Shown here: piece by piece, positions 1 through 12,286 of the stretch
How the letters are laid out: each line of letters opens with the position of its first letter
Numbering within the stretch: the stretch's first letter is position 1
DNA from: Octopus vulgaris
Lineage: Eukaryota
Reading direction: 5' to 3'
Length of the DNA stretch: 64,000 nt
Assembly (NCBI GenBank): GCA_951406725.2
Contig: OX597837.1
Location: 28,086,001 to 28,150,000 of the forward strand
Notes under the pieces: model-generated
What the model saw: only the letters and a program-made list of their open reading frames with translations
Told to the model about the DNA's origin: nothing
Database searches by the model: none
Made by a program: the position numbers and the translations under genes

Positions 1-39
1 GATAATATAACGCAAAACCTCTGTGTGCATTGAGTGTGT

Positions 40-434
40 GTGAGAGAGATATTGTGTTGTGTGTGTATGTATGATAGGGGGGGACAGTGTATGTGTGTGT
101 GAGGGAGACTGTGTGTGAGTGTGTGTGTGTGTGACAGATATTGTGTTGTGTGTGTGTGTATGTATGATAGAAAGAGGGACAGTGTGTGTGAGAGAGAGCG
201 AGAGAGACTGTGTGAGAGAGAGAGACTCTGTGTGTGTGTGTGTGACAGATATTGTGTTGTGTGTGTATGTATGATAGAGGGAGGGACAGTGTATGTGTGT
301 GTGTGAGGGAGACTGTGTGAGAGAGAGAGACTCTGTGTGTGTGTGTGTGACAGATATTGTGTTGTGTGTGTATGTATGATAGAGGGAGGGACAGTGTATG
401 TGTGTGTGTGAGGGAGACTGTGAGAGAGAGAGAG

Positions 435-466
<32 letters not shown>

Positions 467-541
467 ACAGATATTGTGTGGTGTGTCTGTGTATGTATGA
501 TAGAAAGAGGGACAGTGTGTGTGTGAGAGAGAGAGAGAGAC

Positions 542-572
<31 letters not shown>

Positions 573-600
573 CTGTGTGTGTGTGTGAGAGAGAGAGAGA
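40..600. repeat. Composite minisatellite (~60-110 bp units) interleaved with (GT)n/(GA)n
   Basis: Recurrent blocks gacagatattgtgttgtgtg...tatgtatgatag...gggacagtgt...gagactgtgtg, about 5 copies with variable dinucleotide tracts. Confidence 0.85.
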
Positions 601-867
601 GACACACACACAAACACAAACTGTGAGAGTGTGTGACTGTGGAGTGTGTGGGGGAGGGAGAGAATGTGTCCGTGTGTGTGAAGTGGGGGGAATACATACA
701 TATATGTGTGTGTGTGTGTTGTAGTGTGAGAGTGTATGCAAGAGATAATGTGTGTGTGTGTGTGTATGTCATACAGCGGTATCATGAAAAAGCACAAGAC
801 AAAGCTCGAATTTAAACCCACACACATTCACACACACACACACACACACACAGACACACAGACACAC

Positions 868-1017
868 ACACACACAGAATTTCAGTTTGAAAGAAAAAAC
901 ACTCACACACACACACACAGAATTTCAGCCTGAAAGAAAAACACTCACTCACACACACACACACAGAAATTCAGTTTGAAAGAAACACACACACACAGAA
1001 CTTCACTTTGAAAGAAA

Positions 1018-1052
<35 letters not shown>

Positions 1053-1245
1053 TTTCAGTTTGAAAGAAAAACACACACACACACACACACAGAATTTCAG
1101 TTTGAAAGAAAAACACTCACACACACACACACACACAATTTCAGTTTGAAAGAAAAACACTCACACACACACACACACAATTTCAGTTTGAAAGAAAAAC
1201 ACTCACACACACACACACAATTTCAGTTTGAAAGAAAAACACACA
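868..1245. repeat. Tandem repeat: ~22-bp core aatttcagtttgaaagaaaaac separated by variable (CA)n
   Basis: About 9 copies of the core visible between 876 and 1240; spacers are pure CA/CACT microsatellite. Confidence 0.85.
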
Positions 1246-1420
1246 TACACACACAAACACGAACGCACTCACACGCATGACGCTTCTTAATTCCAGAGAG
1301 TAAAAACATACACAAAACACAACAGACAAAGCGGGAGAGAGAGAAAGAAAGAAAGAAAGAGACACACAAAAAAAAAAAGAAAAAGCGAATTATTAAATAA
1401 AAAAATCCAAATTTACTTAC

Positions 1421-1496
1421 ATTCTAAAGCAAAATTGGAATGCTCGCTTCCATCCATTGCTAAAATGACATTTCGTTTTTCACCTGTCGTCGCCAT
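1421..1496 (-). CDS. First coding exon of a universal stress protein (USP/UspA-domain) gene; gene continues beyond the left edge of the window
   Basis: Reverse complement reads ATG GCG ACG ACA GGT GAA AAA CGA AAT GTC ATT TTA GCA ATG GAT GGA AGC GAG CAT TCC AAT TTT GCT TTA GAA T|GTAAGT = MATTGEKRNVILAMDGSEHSNFALE(W). This fits the USP N-terminal motif R-x-[VI]-[LI]-[AV]-x-D-G-S-x-x-S-x-x-A-[LF]-x-W. Consensus GTAAGT donor at 1420-1415, phase 1 inside the expected Trp codon. Confidence 0.88.
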
Positions 1497-1743
1497 CGTA
1501 AATATATTATTATTTATATATCGATATATATATATTATATATTATATACTCCGTTATATATATATATAATATATATATATATTTCTATTTATATACACTC
1601 CGAATAGTGAAAGGGAAAATGGGAACGATATCTGTTGACTGACGCTTACGATTATCTCGTTCTTATTTTAAGAATAACCAGTTTCCAAATGTACGTAGAT
1701 CTTCCACACTGCTTCTTGAAATAATAATAATGACGACGATGTT

Positions 1744-1781
<38 letters not shown>

Positions 1782-1990
1782 TGTTGTGGTATGTTGTTGC
1801 TGTTATTGTTATTATTATGGAGCGACTGCTAATACAGAAAACAACAACCAGCTTCCACTACTTGCTTGCTTCCACTGACTGAGCTGCCCGAGTGCGACAC
1901 ACGCTACACTCTGCAAGCGGCAAACGAGCTGAACTCGGAGCGAGGCTCTCTACTCACCGTGTGCGTCTGTGTGAGCGTGAGCGCGCGCTT
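1497..1990 (-). promoter_or_regulatory. Putative 5' UTR / proximal promoter of the USP gene
   Basis: Unique sequence directly upstream of the ATG, with a locally CpG-rich tract at 1885-1990. A possible GTGAGT donor (actcac, 1952-1957) could mark a non-coding first exon. TSS not determinable. Confidence 0.35.
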
Positions 1991-2169
1991 ATGTGTTTGT
2001 ACGATTCTGTGCATGTGTGTGCATGTATATTTATGTATATATCTATGTATATATATATATATATGCGCGCGCGTTAAGATATCTATATCTCCCTCTCTCT
2101 ATATATATATATTTGTGTGTGTATATGATATACATATACAAACGTGCTCACATATCTATATTTCCCTGT

Positions 2170-2216
<47 letters not shown>

Positions 2217-2368
2217 CGTGTGTGTGTATATATATATATGTGTGTGTGTGTGCGTGTGTGTGTATATATATATATGTGTGTGTGTGTGCGTGTGTGTGTA
2301 TATATATATATGTGTGTGCGTGTGTGTGTATATATATATATATATATATGTGTGTGTGCGTGTGTGTG

Positions 2369-2399
<31 letters not shown>

Positions 2400-2472
2400 T
2401 CGTGTGTATATATACATATGTGTGTGTGTGTGTGCAAATTTAGATAGAAATATAGAAATGTGAGTGCGCGCG

Positions 2473-2515
<43 letters not shown>

Positions 2516-2786
2516 ACAGGGAAATATAGATATGTGAGCACGTTTGTATATGTATATCATATACACACACATATATCATATACACACATCATATATACAC
2601 ACACATATATCATATACACACAACATATAAACACGCACACACACACACACACACATATATATATCTATACACACACACACATAAAAAGAAAATAAAAAAT
2701 GGAACAAGAACGTAACAGACGACAACAAAAACATCCAGACAGACGATACAAAAAAGGACAGAAAGAAACAAGGAAACAAGGACGGG

Positions 2787-2829
<43 letters not shown>

Positions 2830-2936
2830 GACATAGACACACACACACACACATGCATAAACACATGTGGATGTGTGTATATAAGTCTCACTTTATATTT
2901 GTCTCTCTTTCTATCTGAGTGTGTGCATATTATTAC

Positions 2937-2984
<48 letters not shown>

Positions 2985-3709
2985 TATTATTATTATTATT
3001 ATTATTGTTATTATTATTATTATTATTAAGGGGCCGAAATGGCAGAACCGATAGAAAGTCGGACAAAACGCTCAGCGGCATTTCATCCTTACGTTCTGAT
3101 TTCAAATCCTGCCGAGGTCGACTTTACCTTTCATCCTTTCGGGGTCGATAAAATAAGTACCAATCAAGTACTGAGATTGATGTAATCGACTTAACCCCCA
3201 CCACACACTGAAATTGCTGGCCTTGGGCTAAAATTTGGAAAATTATTATTAATAGATATTTCACGTGTTCCGGTTATCGGACTGCGGCCATGCTGGGGCA
3301 CTGCCTTCAATTTTAGAACAAATCGATGCCTGTACTCATTTTTTAAAGCATGGTACTGGTTGCATACACACTCACTCACTCACTCACTCACACACTCACT
3401 CACACACACACTCACACACACACTCACTCACTCACTCACTCACTCACTCACTCACACACTCACTCACTCACTCACTCACACACACACTCACTCACTCACT
3501 CACTCACACTCACTCACTCACTCACTCACACACACTCACTCACTCACACACTCACTCACACACACACTCACACACTCACTCACTCACTCACTCACACACT
3601 CACTCACACACACACTCACTCACTCACTCACTCACATGGAGGGCTTTTTTCAGTTTCCGTCAACTACATCCATTCCCAAGGCTTTGGGCGGCCCGAGACT
3701 ATTGTAGAA

Positions 3710-3896
3710 CAGTGCGCCGCAACCCTTTTTTCACTTGCGGCACACTTTCATTCTTTTCAAAATTCGGCGGCACACCTGAACTAAAAATACAACTAGAAGC
3801 ATAGGGAAAAAAATTATACCCGAGTTGCACTGCAGCACACCTAACATTGTCTCGCGGCACACCAATGTGCTGCAGCATATCGGTTGCGGAACAATG
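3710..3896. mobile_element. hAT-like MITE nested in a decayed SINE (family A)
   Basis: Imperfect TIRs cagtgcgccgcaacc ... ggttgcggaacaatg; flanking 8-mers ttgtagaa / taatagag both resemble the host SINE sequence tagtagaa (decayed 8-bp TSD). Confidence 0.6.
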
Positions 3897-4087
3897 TAAT
3901 AGAGGAGGTGCTACGCAGTGGAACTGAACCCTGAACTATGTGGTCGGCAAACACTTATCACACGCCTGCATCTAGATGTGGGTCTACTTAATCGGATGCG
4001 CACATGTACGCCAAACAATTTCGCGTCTTTGTATCCGCTTTGATGTTTGTGTTTTTGTGGCGGGCTAAATGAATCGTCTACCCGAAG

Positions 4088-4686
4088 AGCGGTGAGCTGG
4101 CAGAAGCGTTAGCACGCCGGGCGAAATGCTTAGCGGTATTTCGTTTGCCGTTACGTTCTGAGTTCAAATTCCGCCGAGGTCGACTTTGACTTTCATCCTT
4201 TCGGGGTCGATTAAATAAGTACAGTTACGCACTGGGGTCGATATGATCGACTTAATACCTATGTCTGTCCTTGTTCGTCCTCTCTGTGTTTAGCCCCTTG
4301 TGGGTAGTAAAGAAATAAGTATTTCGTCTGCCGTTACGTTCAGAGTTCAAATTCCGCCGAGGTCGACTTTGCCTTTTATCTTTGCGGGGTCGATTAAAAA
4401 AGTACCAGTTACGCACTGGGGTCGATGTAATCGACTTAATCCGTTTGCCTGTCCTTGTTTGTCCCCTCTGTGTTTAGCCCCTTGTGGGTAGTAAAGAAAT
4501 AGGTATTTCGTCTGTGTTTACGTTCTGAGTTCAAATTCCGCCGAGGTCGACTTTGCCTTTCATCCTTTCCGGGTCGATAAATTAAGTACCAATGAAACAC
4601 TGGGGTCGATATAATCGACTTAATCCCTTTGTCTGTCCTTGTTTGTCCCCTCTATGTTTAGCCCCTTGTGGGCAATAAAGAAATAA
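4088..4686 (+). mobile_element. SINE family B (MetaSINE-like), one head plus 3 tandem ~184-bp body units
   Basis: Head gcggtgagctggcagaagcgttagcacgccgggcgaaatg, B-box gagttcaaattcc, Meta-domain-like gactttgcctttcatcctttcggggtcgataaattaagtacc, tail gccccttgtgggtagtaaagaaata; body repeated 3 times. Confidence 0.8.
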
Positions 4687-5596
4687 GAATCGTTTAACTG
4701 TCGGACAAAATGCTTAGCGACATTTCTTCTGTATCTTTACGTTCGGAATTCAAATACTGTCGAGGTCGATGTTGCCTGTCGCCTTTTCGGGGTAAATGAA
4801 ATGAGCACCTTTCGATCACTGCGGTCGATGTAATCGATATGCTCCCTCCCGAAACACTGCAGTCCATTGTTTTCGTGAATTTAGTCGAGGTAGGTTAGCC
4901 GTGTGTATGGAAGATGAGTGGAAGTGTAACGTGTTTACGTTCTCATCCTCACGCACTCACAAATGCTCTCACTCACACTTTCACACACATACAGACACAC
5001 ACACGCATTCGGGTGCGTACGTGTCTGAGATTGAACCCCCCTTGCCTCTTCTCGGCTATCACCTGTTCACAACATTTCAGAGGTCTAATGTTTCTGGGAA
5101 CAGCATGAATACCACTGGACCCGTTGTTGAATTTCCTCTAAAGTATGCCGGAAATATCGCTGCTTCAACTTCGAGTGAAAAACGGCTTTGTTTATTTTTT
5201 AGTTTTTAGCATAATTTCAAGTGTCGAGTGGAGCGGTTTTAGTTTCGTTACTGCTGGGAAAAGGAGGAGGAGGCTTTGGGGATTGAAAAAGGGACAAAGA
5301 AACTGAAAAGGGGACAAAATGGTATATTTAATAAAACTAAAGTTCTTATCTTTTAAACTAACGAGGGAATGTACCTCCGCTTTTCGCTATGATAGTGGTT
5401 TTTTAGCCCTTTAAATATACACATGTATTAGAATTTTCTCTGATTTTTCAGATTTTTGTATGCTAGGCTACTGGTTTTAAATTGATATTAATTAAATTAA
5501 TACTCAATTTATCTCCCTCATTATTTAAATGTTTATATTTGATTTTTTTTGATTTTTCCAGTTTCAGCTCATGAGCTGTGGCCATGCTGGGGCACC

Positions 5597-5639
<43 letters not shown>

Positions 5640-5845
5640 TGCAAAGGCGTGGCTGTGGGGTAAGAAGCTTGCTTCCCAGCCACACAGTTCGGGTTCAGTT
5701 CCATAGCGTGGCACCTTGGGCAAGTGTCTTCTACTATAGGCTCGTGTGTATGTCTGTGTTTGTCCCCCAACCAATGCTTGACAACTGGTGTTGGTTTGTT
5801 GATGTCCCCGTAACACAACGGCCCGGCAAATGACCGATATATATC

Positions 5846-6038
5846 CTCTTTACACTTTTACTTGTTTCAGTCATTTGACTGCGGCCATGCTGGAGCACCA
5901 CCTTTAGTCGAGCAAATCGGCCCCAGGATTTATTCTTCGTAAGCTTAGTACTTATTCTATCGGTCCCTTTTGCCGAGCCGCTAAGTTACGGGGACGTAAA
6001 CACACCAGCATCGGTTGTCAAGCGATGTTGGGGGACAA

Positions 6039-6102
<64 letters not shown>

Positions 6103-6262
6103 GTGACGGGCTTCTTTCAGTTTCCGTCCACCAAATCCACTCACAAGGCTTTGGTCGACCCGAGACTATAGTAGAAGACATTTGCTCAAGGTGCCACGCA
6201 GTGGGACTGAACCCGGAACCATGTGGTTGGTAAGCAAGCTACTTACCGCACAGCCACTCCTA
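5846..6262 (-). mobile_element. SINE family A (tRNA-derived head, CORE-like ccttgggcaagtg, internal CA/TA microsatellite, AAAAGAGT tail), full length
   Basis: Same sequence recurs more than 15 times in the window; A-box tggctgtgtggtaag and B-box gggttcagtccc in the head. Confidence 0.85.
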
Positions 6263-6271
6263 TACCGATTG

Positions 6272-6321
6272 AAAATATGGAACGCTTCACGAATTTGCGT
6301 GTCATCCTTGCGTTGGGGGCC

Positions 6322-6354
<33 letters not shown>

Positions 6355-6378
6355 AATATGTACCACCGTAGCTAGTAT
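6272..6378 (-). pseudogene. U6: Full-length U6 snRNA copy, diverged (probable pseudogene)
   Basis: Reverse complement ...tacatattctaaaattggaacgatacagagaagattagcatggcccccaacgcaaggatgacacgcaaattcgtgaagcgttccatatttt matches metazoan U6, including the ACAGAGA box and AGC triad. Changes occur in the 5' stem-loop and ISL (cccctgcg to cccccaacg). Upstream is (TA)n plus a Helitron, with no recognisable PSE. Confidence 0.9.
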
Positions 6379-6391
6379 AGATATATATATA

Positions 6392-6885
6392 TCTATATAT
6401 ATAAAACTCTAGTTGTGTGAGTGTCTGTCCCCTTCGATTTAGATTCCTAACTCCTCCCACATTTTGCGGTGCAGTTTAACCAAACTCGGGTATCTTATAG
6501 TCGTGATTCATATCGAGCCCGTCTGGCTATTAGCGCGCGTCAACGATGAGTCTACGATTTTAAAAATAATTTAACATCATTTTTTATTCCATTTTAATGC
6601 ATAATTTTTCGTGTGTCGATGGCGGCGGAGTTGGCGTCCATGGTCACACCTGCACCTGTGTTGCTTCTCCCCTTCCCTCCCTCGTGAAGCTGTAGGGAAG
6701 GGAGTGTAAAGAAATCAACGTCGTAATGCGTTGTCAATGAGACCAGCGTTCTTTTAGAACGACTTCATGGCTTGAAGACACCAAAACAGAAATGGCTAAG
6801 AAAGCCCGAATTGGCATCTATAAGGGAAGTAACTCTCTAAAAATGCTTATATAGTTATTTCCTTACAAACCCGAGCAACGCCGGG

Positions 6886-6890
<5 letters not shown>
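6392..6890 (+). mobile_element. Non-autonomous Helitron-like element (3' CTAG replaced by (TA)n)
   Basis: Starts A|TCtatatatataaaactctagttgtgtgagtgtctgtc; subterminal hairpin cccgagcaacgccggg; near-identical to 22141-22643, which ends in ctgCTAG|T. Confidence 0.7.
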
Positions 6891-6930
<40 letters not shown>

Positions 6931-6933
<3 letters not shown>

Positions 6934-7125
6934 GGAAAGTTCACGAAAGAAACAAAAGACGAAGACAGGTGATGTACAAAACAAACAGATGTATTAGTAT
7001 AACGCTCAGGAATAGAAAAAGTATTTTACGTTTCGAGCCTACGCTCTTCTACAGAAAGGGACACAGAAAGAAACAAGGAGAGAAAAAAATGTGTGTTGTG
7101 GCTAATGATCTATCATGGCGACTAG
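6931..7125 (-). mobile_element. Short Penelope-like (pLTR-type) element with hammerhead-like motif at 7058-7023
   Basis: Homologous over ~190 bp to 29295-29490 (opposite strand); contains ttt-CTGTAGA-A-GAGC-gtag-GCTC-GAAAC-GTA-aaa. Confidence 0.6.
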
Positions 7126-7311
7126 TGCCGGACAGAGGGGTCAGACAGGAGAGGGAAAGTAGGGGGTATATATATATAACGTATATATTTGTCGGAAAAC
7201 TTCTGATATGATGAAGTTTATAATATGCTTTTCACTTTACACCTTATATGCACATTCTGAATATTTTAATAACTTTTGTAACATGGTTATGACTGGGGCC
7301 TTTGAAAATTA

Positions 7312-7343
<32 letters not shown>

Positions 7344-8179
7344 TATTAATATTGTACACATTCTTTTTTATATTCAGAAGGAAATTAATGAGATTCTCTC
7401 TCATCAAAACCTATCTGTACATTTCAAAAAAGAAAAATAACACAAATGCAAGTGAAACAATTATTTAATACGACAGAATACATTTTTTTTCTTTGGTTTT
7501 TTATATTTTCATATAAAATTCTGTACAGGGTTCCAAAAACAGAAGATTTTTTTTTTTGACTGAAAAATAATCTCAACATTTTTGTTATGTTATTTCTATT
7601 TTTTTTCTTCTTCTTCTTCTAAACGGAACACCTGCAAATTGTTCTCGATAGAATTAGTTGATATTGAAATAAGCTGAAAATATTCTATTGTTCATTGAAG
7701 TAGGCAGAATAATAATAATATTAATAATAATAATAATGATAATTGGCAATCTCTTTACAGATCTGTTTCGAGTAATTATCTCTCATCAAAGATAAACCAA
7801 TTATTATTTGGTTATTCGGAGTCTGAATCTAAGCCGATATATGTGTGGGTATATGTGTGTATCTTATCAAAATATAATACTAATAGCATCCCGATTTGCA
7901 TAGAATAGGCTGGTCGGCCAACACACACACACACACACGTTCGCAAATACTAAGGGAGGGAAAGAAAATAACGGTACAATTGTTATAATTTTATAATAGA
8001 TGTGATTTTCTAAGCGATAAATATGACACTTGTGATGTGATAATACGATATTTCTGGCATAAAGTTTGAATTATGATACCGTTGGGAAATATAAGGAAAA
8101 AGGCGGAGGATAGAATCTTGAAAGATGTAGTACTACTGAGATGTTTGTGGTAATGTTATACGTGTATGGTAGCGTTGGT

Positions 8180-8565
8180 GGAGGCGCAATGGCCCAGTGG
8201 TTAGGGCAGCGGACTCGCGGTCGTAGGATCGCGGTTTCGATTCCCAGACCGGGCGTTGTGATTGTTTATTGAGCGAAAACACCTAAAGCTCCACGAGGCT
8301 CCGGCAGGGGATGGTGGTGACTCCAGCTGTACTCTTTCACCACAACTTTCTCTCACTCTTACTTCCTGTTTCTGATGTACCTGTATTTCAAAAGGGCCGG
8401 CCTTGTCACTCTCTGTGTCACGCTGAATATCCCCGAGAACTACGTTAAGGGTACACGTGTCTGTGGAGTGCTCAGCCACTTACACGTTAATTTCACGAGC
8501 AGGCTGTTCCGTTCATCGGATCAACCGGAACCCTCATCGTCGTAACCGACGGAGTGCTTCCATCC
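8180..8565 (+). mobile_element. SINE family C (tRNA-derived), full length with 12-bp TSD
   Basis: Head ggaggcgcaatggcccagtggttagggcagcggactcgcggtcgtaggatcgcggtttcgattccc (A and B boxes); TSD atggtagcgttg at 8166-8177 and 8566-8577. Confidence 0.9.
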
Positions 8566-8990
8566 ATGGTAGCGTTGAGATGTATGGAAGAGTTATTAAC
8601 AGTGGACAACTTTCAATGAAATAATGGAACTGACATTAATACAATAGGATGTAGTTGTATTAAATATTTTGCAATGAGTTGATTTGGAGGAAGGTTTTAT
8701 GGCTATGTCCATCTAGGCTTTCTTAGTTTTGTGAGACACTGTTAATGTACCTTTTTAACAATTGCAAGTTGACGACTGCAGGAAAAAATGTAAAAACAAA
8801 ATATTTCATTGTGATGATTCCAAAACTCGATAAACAAATAAGACCAGTTACCATTCTTAAGATTGAAAATCACCATGACTGTCTGTGCCAATCGTTGACT
8901 CTTGAAATTCTTAGGCTTTGGAGCTGTAATGCCATTTCGTGAACTGAGACTTCTAATCTTAATATTCTAATTTCCATTAATATTCTAATC

Positions 8991-9409
8991 TCTATATTAT
9001 AAATATATATATATAAAGCTGAAGTTGTCTGTGTGTGGCAGGTTTGGTAGCCTTCAACTGACACTATTTCCTCCGAGACCCTGCGGCGCAAGTTGACCAA
9101 AATTGAGAGTATGATAGAAGAAGGCTTGCTCTTCGTTCCGTAGAAGAAAAATTCAAATCGGACCATGTTAAGACCAAAAATTATTTACATCAAAAAGGTG
9201 CTTTTTTTCTATGAAAATCCCTATTTTTTACGATGTTTTGACTGCTGTGTCGCCATTTTTTGGTGTATTTCAATCAGAAAAATGTTCACTTAAAGAGAAT
9301 AACAAGCTACATAATGCAAAATTTTTGCATTATAACAAGCTACATAATGTAAAAATTCCAATTCTAAAGGGTCGAGACAAACCCGAGCAACGCCGGACGA
9401 TACTGCTAG
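8991..9409 (+). mobile_element. Non-autonomous Helitron-like element, different interior
   Basis: 5' tctatattat...atataaagctgaagttgt; 3' acaaacccgagcaacgccggacgatactgCTAG|T shared with the other copies. Confidence 0.65.
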
Positions 9410-9699
9410 TATTCATAAAGGCGGCGAGCTGGCAAAATGCTTAGCGGTTTTTCGACCGTCTTTATGTTTTGAGTTCAAAAGTCCGCCGGCATCGACTTTG
9501 CCTTTCAACCTTCTGAGGTCGATAAAATAAGTACCAGTTGAATACTGGGCTCTATATAATCGACTTAGCCCCTCCCCCGAACTTGCTGGTCCTGTACCAA
9601 ATTTTAAAACCAATTTTCTAATATTCATTTAATATAGTTTTTAATATCATTTTTTTCTCCCTCTCTGTCCCCCTTTTTTCCAGGTTTATCTATTATAGT

Positions 9700-10500
9700 A
9701 TTCGTTCTCTGGACACATTGGCTACTTCATTTCGTCTTACATCACCTTGTCAAGGTAAATATGGATTGCTTTCAGATTCTTTCTTGGTCTCTCTGTCCTA
9801 ATCTCTTCTTGCAGTTATTTGAGCAGCTCAGCGTATTTATTTGCTCGCTGTTCAAGGTACAGCTAAGTTCTAGAAAATCAAAGAAAATAACATCCTCGTT
9901 GTTCCTTTCAAAACAATCGCCATGACTTTCTGTGCCGATTGTTGACTCTTAGGCCTGGGAGCTGCGACGCCATTTCACGAACTAAGACATCGTTTTCAGA
10001 TTATAAAGATACGCCGATGTTTCCCTCACCCCGTCACCAGATCTTCGTTGTTCCTCAAACATTTCCAGCAGATCAGAGCACACTTCCACCCTTTTCTTCA
10101 TCAAATCGGGTATCAGCTATCGAGGCACCTACTTTTCACACAATTTCTAATACTCAAATTCTTCCGTCATATTCTGTAATGCTTTGCAGACACAGTCCAG
10201 TTGTCCACCAAGCTCGCATACTGTGACTCATCCGTCTGCACAAATCAATAAGTCCACTCGGTGGCAATTCGTCTCAATGGTCGTAGTCAATGGTTTCTCA
10301 CTGCGTGGTTTATCTTGAATGGTGATTTCTTCTTCGTTAAACTTCAACAGGGCACATTGCTTTTATCATCTCAATATACACACTATAGCCTTCTGTTGAT
10401 AACAGACAGCTTGTATAGCCCCGCTTCATCAAAACCTCAATGACGACACATCGTTTCTGCTTCGAACCTGTTATTTGCTTGTAATAAAGAAGAGCAAAAG
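9700..10500 (-). pseudogene. Decayed mariner (Tc1/mariner) transposase; a partial second copy lies at ~8870-8950
   Basis: Minus-strand translation with stops and frameshifts: IQDKPRSEKPLTT...KLCEK*VPR*LIPDLMKKRVEVCSDLL (WVPHEL-like linker) and KVMAIV..NNEDVIFFDFLELSCTLNSEQ (catalytic-domain segment). Confidence 0.75.
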
Positions 10501-11039
10501 CAGGAGTTACTACAGAGTAAAAGTTACTCTATATTGACCTTTAGAGGGTGAACGACCTGTATGAGTTAATAAAAAGATAGGTAAAGCCAGTTTAGTATTA
10601 CTCTCTGTACAACCATCGTATATTTATATATTTACAACAAACACTCGTCCTCCACACATACACACACATATACATACATACACACATACATACATACACA
10701 CGTACATACACACACACATACATACACACACATACATACATACATACACACACACATACACACACACATACACACACACATACACACATACATACATACA
10801 CACATACATACACACACACATACACACACACACACACACACATACATACACACATACACACACGCATACATACATACATACACACATACACACACACATA
10901 CATACACACATACACATACATATACACACGCACACACGCGCGCAGACTGTAAGTGACTTCATGTATGTCACTATGTTAACAACTGATACACGATAATGAT
11001 CAACAGCGACAGCCGTCGCATTTAAATCACATCTGCCGT

Positions 11040-11215
11040 AGTAGTAGTAGTAGTAGTGGTAGTGGTAGTGGTGGTAGTGGTGGTGGTGGTGGTGGTGGTG
11101 GTAGTGGTGGTGGTGGTGGTGGTGGTAGTGGTGGTGGTAGTAGTAGTAGTGGTGGTAGTGGTGGTGGTAGTAGTGGTAGTGGTGGTGGTGGTGGTAGTGG
11201 TGGTGGTGGCGGTGG
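11040..11215. repeat. (GGT/AGT)n trinucleotide microsatellite
   Basis: Direct reading; source of the poly-V/T/P/H ORFs in the track. Confidence 0.95.
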
Positions 11216-11569
11216 TACAAACATCGTCCATCATCAACTATATCGTTGCTACCAATTCCATTCTCACCACCGCCTCTGACAATCTCACGATACAAAACAT
11301 CACTGAACTAAAACCCGCCACCGCCGCGAACACAGCCTCAGTATAACCACCGCCACACCGCGAACCAAACGGCAACCGATTCAAGACTGTCACAACCAAT
11401 TCAAGACTGCAACCAACCAACCAACCAACCAACCAACCCACAACACAACCACACCGCGGCTACAACATTATACAACCACAACACAATGAATCCCTAATCC
11501 TAAGTACCCAAACCTCAGTCTTCGGTGAATCCTCTGTAGAATTAACGAAATTAAAGAAATGTCTACAAT

Positions 11570-11930
11570 GGCTATGTGGTAAGAAGCTTGCTTCCCAACC
11601 ACATGGTTCCGAGTTCAGTCCCAGTGCATGGCACCTTGAGCAAGTGTCTTCTACTATAGCCACGGGCCGACCAAAGACCTGTGAGTGGATTTGGTAGACG
11701 GAAACTGAAAGAAGCCTATCGTGTGTGTGTGTATATATATATGTATATGTAAGTTTGTGTTTTCCCCCACTACGGCTTAACAACCGGTGTCAGTGTGTTT
11801 ACTTCCTGGCAGAAGAGACTGATAGAGTAAGCACCAGACTTTAAGAAAGTACGAGGGTAGATTCATTCGACTAAAGCTTCAAGGTGGTGCCCCAGTATGA
11901 CCGCAGTCTGACTGAAACAAGTAAAAGATA
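11570..11930 (+). mobile_element. SINE family A, diverged copy
   Basis: Head tggctatgtggtaagaagcttgcttcccaacc through tail actgaaacaagtaaaaga. Confidence 0.8.
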
Positions 11931-12286
11931 TTTAAAATGGCAAAAAATGCGGTTGTTATTGTTTAGCCCCCAGGTCAGCATAGACTGAGCAGATATGTAT
12001 TGAAAGGCATTCCAATGATGACCGTCCCTTCTGATTTTGAGACAATGTAACTCGGATCATATTGTTCAATATATCCCTTTTATAAAAGACGTTGTTTGAA
12101 GAAAATAGTGGCTCTTTCGTTGGCTGCTTGCTCTTGGAGCATTGTTTAAACCACATGGTACCCCACAATTACTGCTACATAGAGCAAGTTATTTGCAAGC
12201 TAAGTGTTCTTACCACTGGGACAATTTGAAAACGAACCACCGATCTCACAGTTATTTATCCATCACTCTGTTCATGAACCAAATAT

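Noticed and set aside
868-1245. Repeat-spacer pattern resembling a CRISPR array
   Set aside because: Spacers are only (CA)n tracts of varying length; eukaryotic context; no cas genes
1866-2891. Long Cys/Val/Tyr/Ile or His/Thr-rich ORFs (also 44900-48600 and 56600-60300)
   Set aside because: Translations of (GT)n/(TA)n/(CA)n microsatellites
8180-8255. tRNA gene
   Set aside because: tRNA-like head of a SINE: continues into the SINE body, is flanked by TSDs and lacks a proper acceptor stem
9684-9753. Apparent plus-strand exon with good acceptor and donor
   Set aside because: Overlaps the antisense of the mariner relic; no recognisable peptide
10624-11346. Poly-His/Pro/Thr/Val ORFs
   Set aside because: (GGT/AGT)n microsatellite open in multiple frames on both strands
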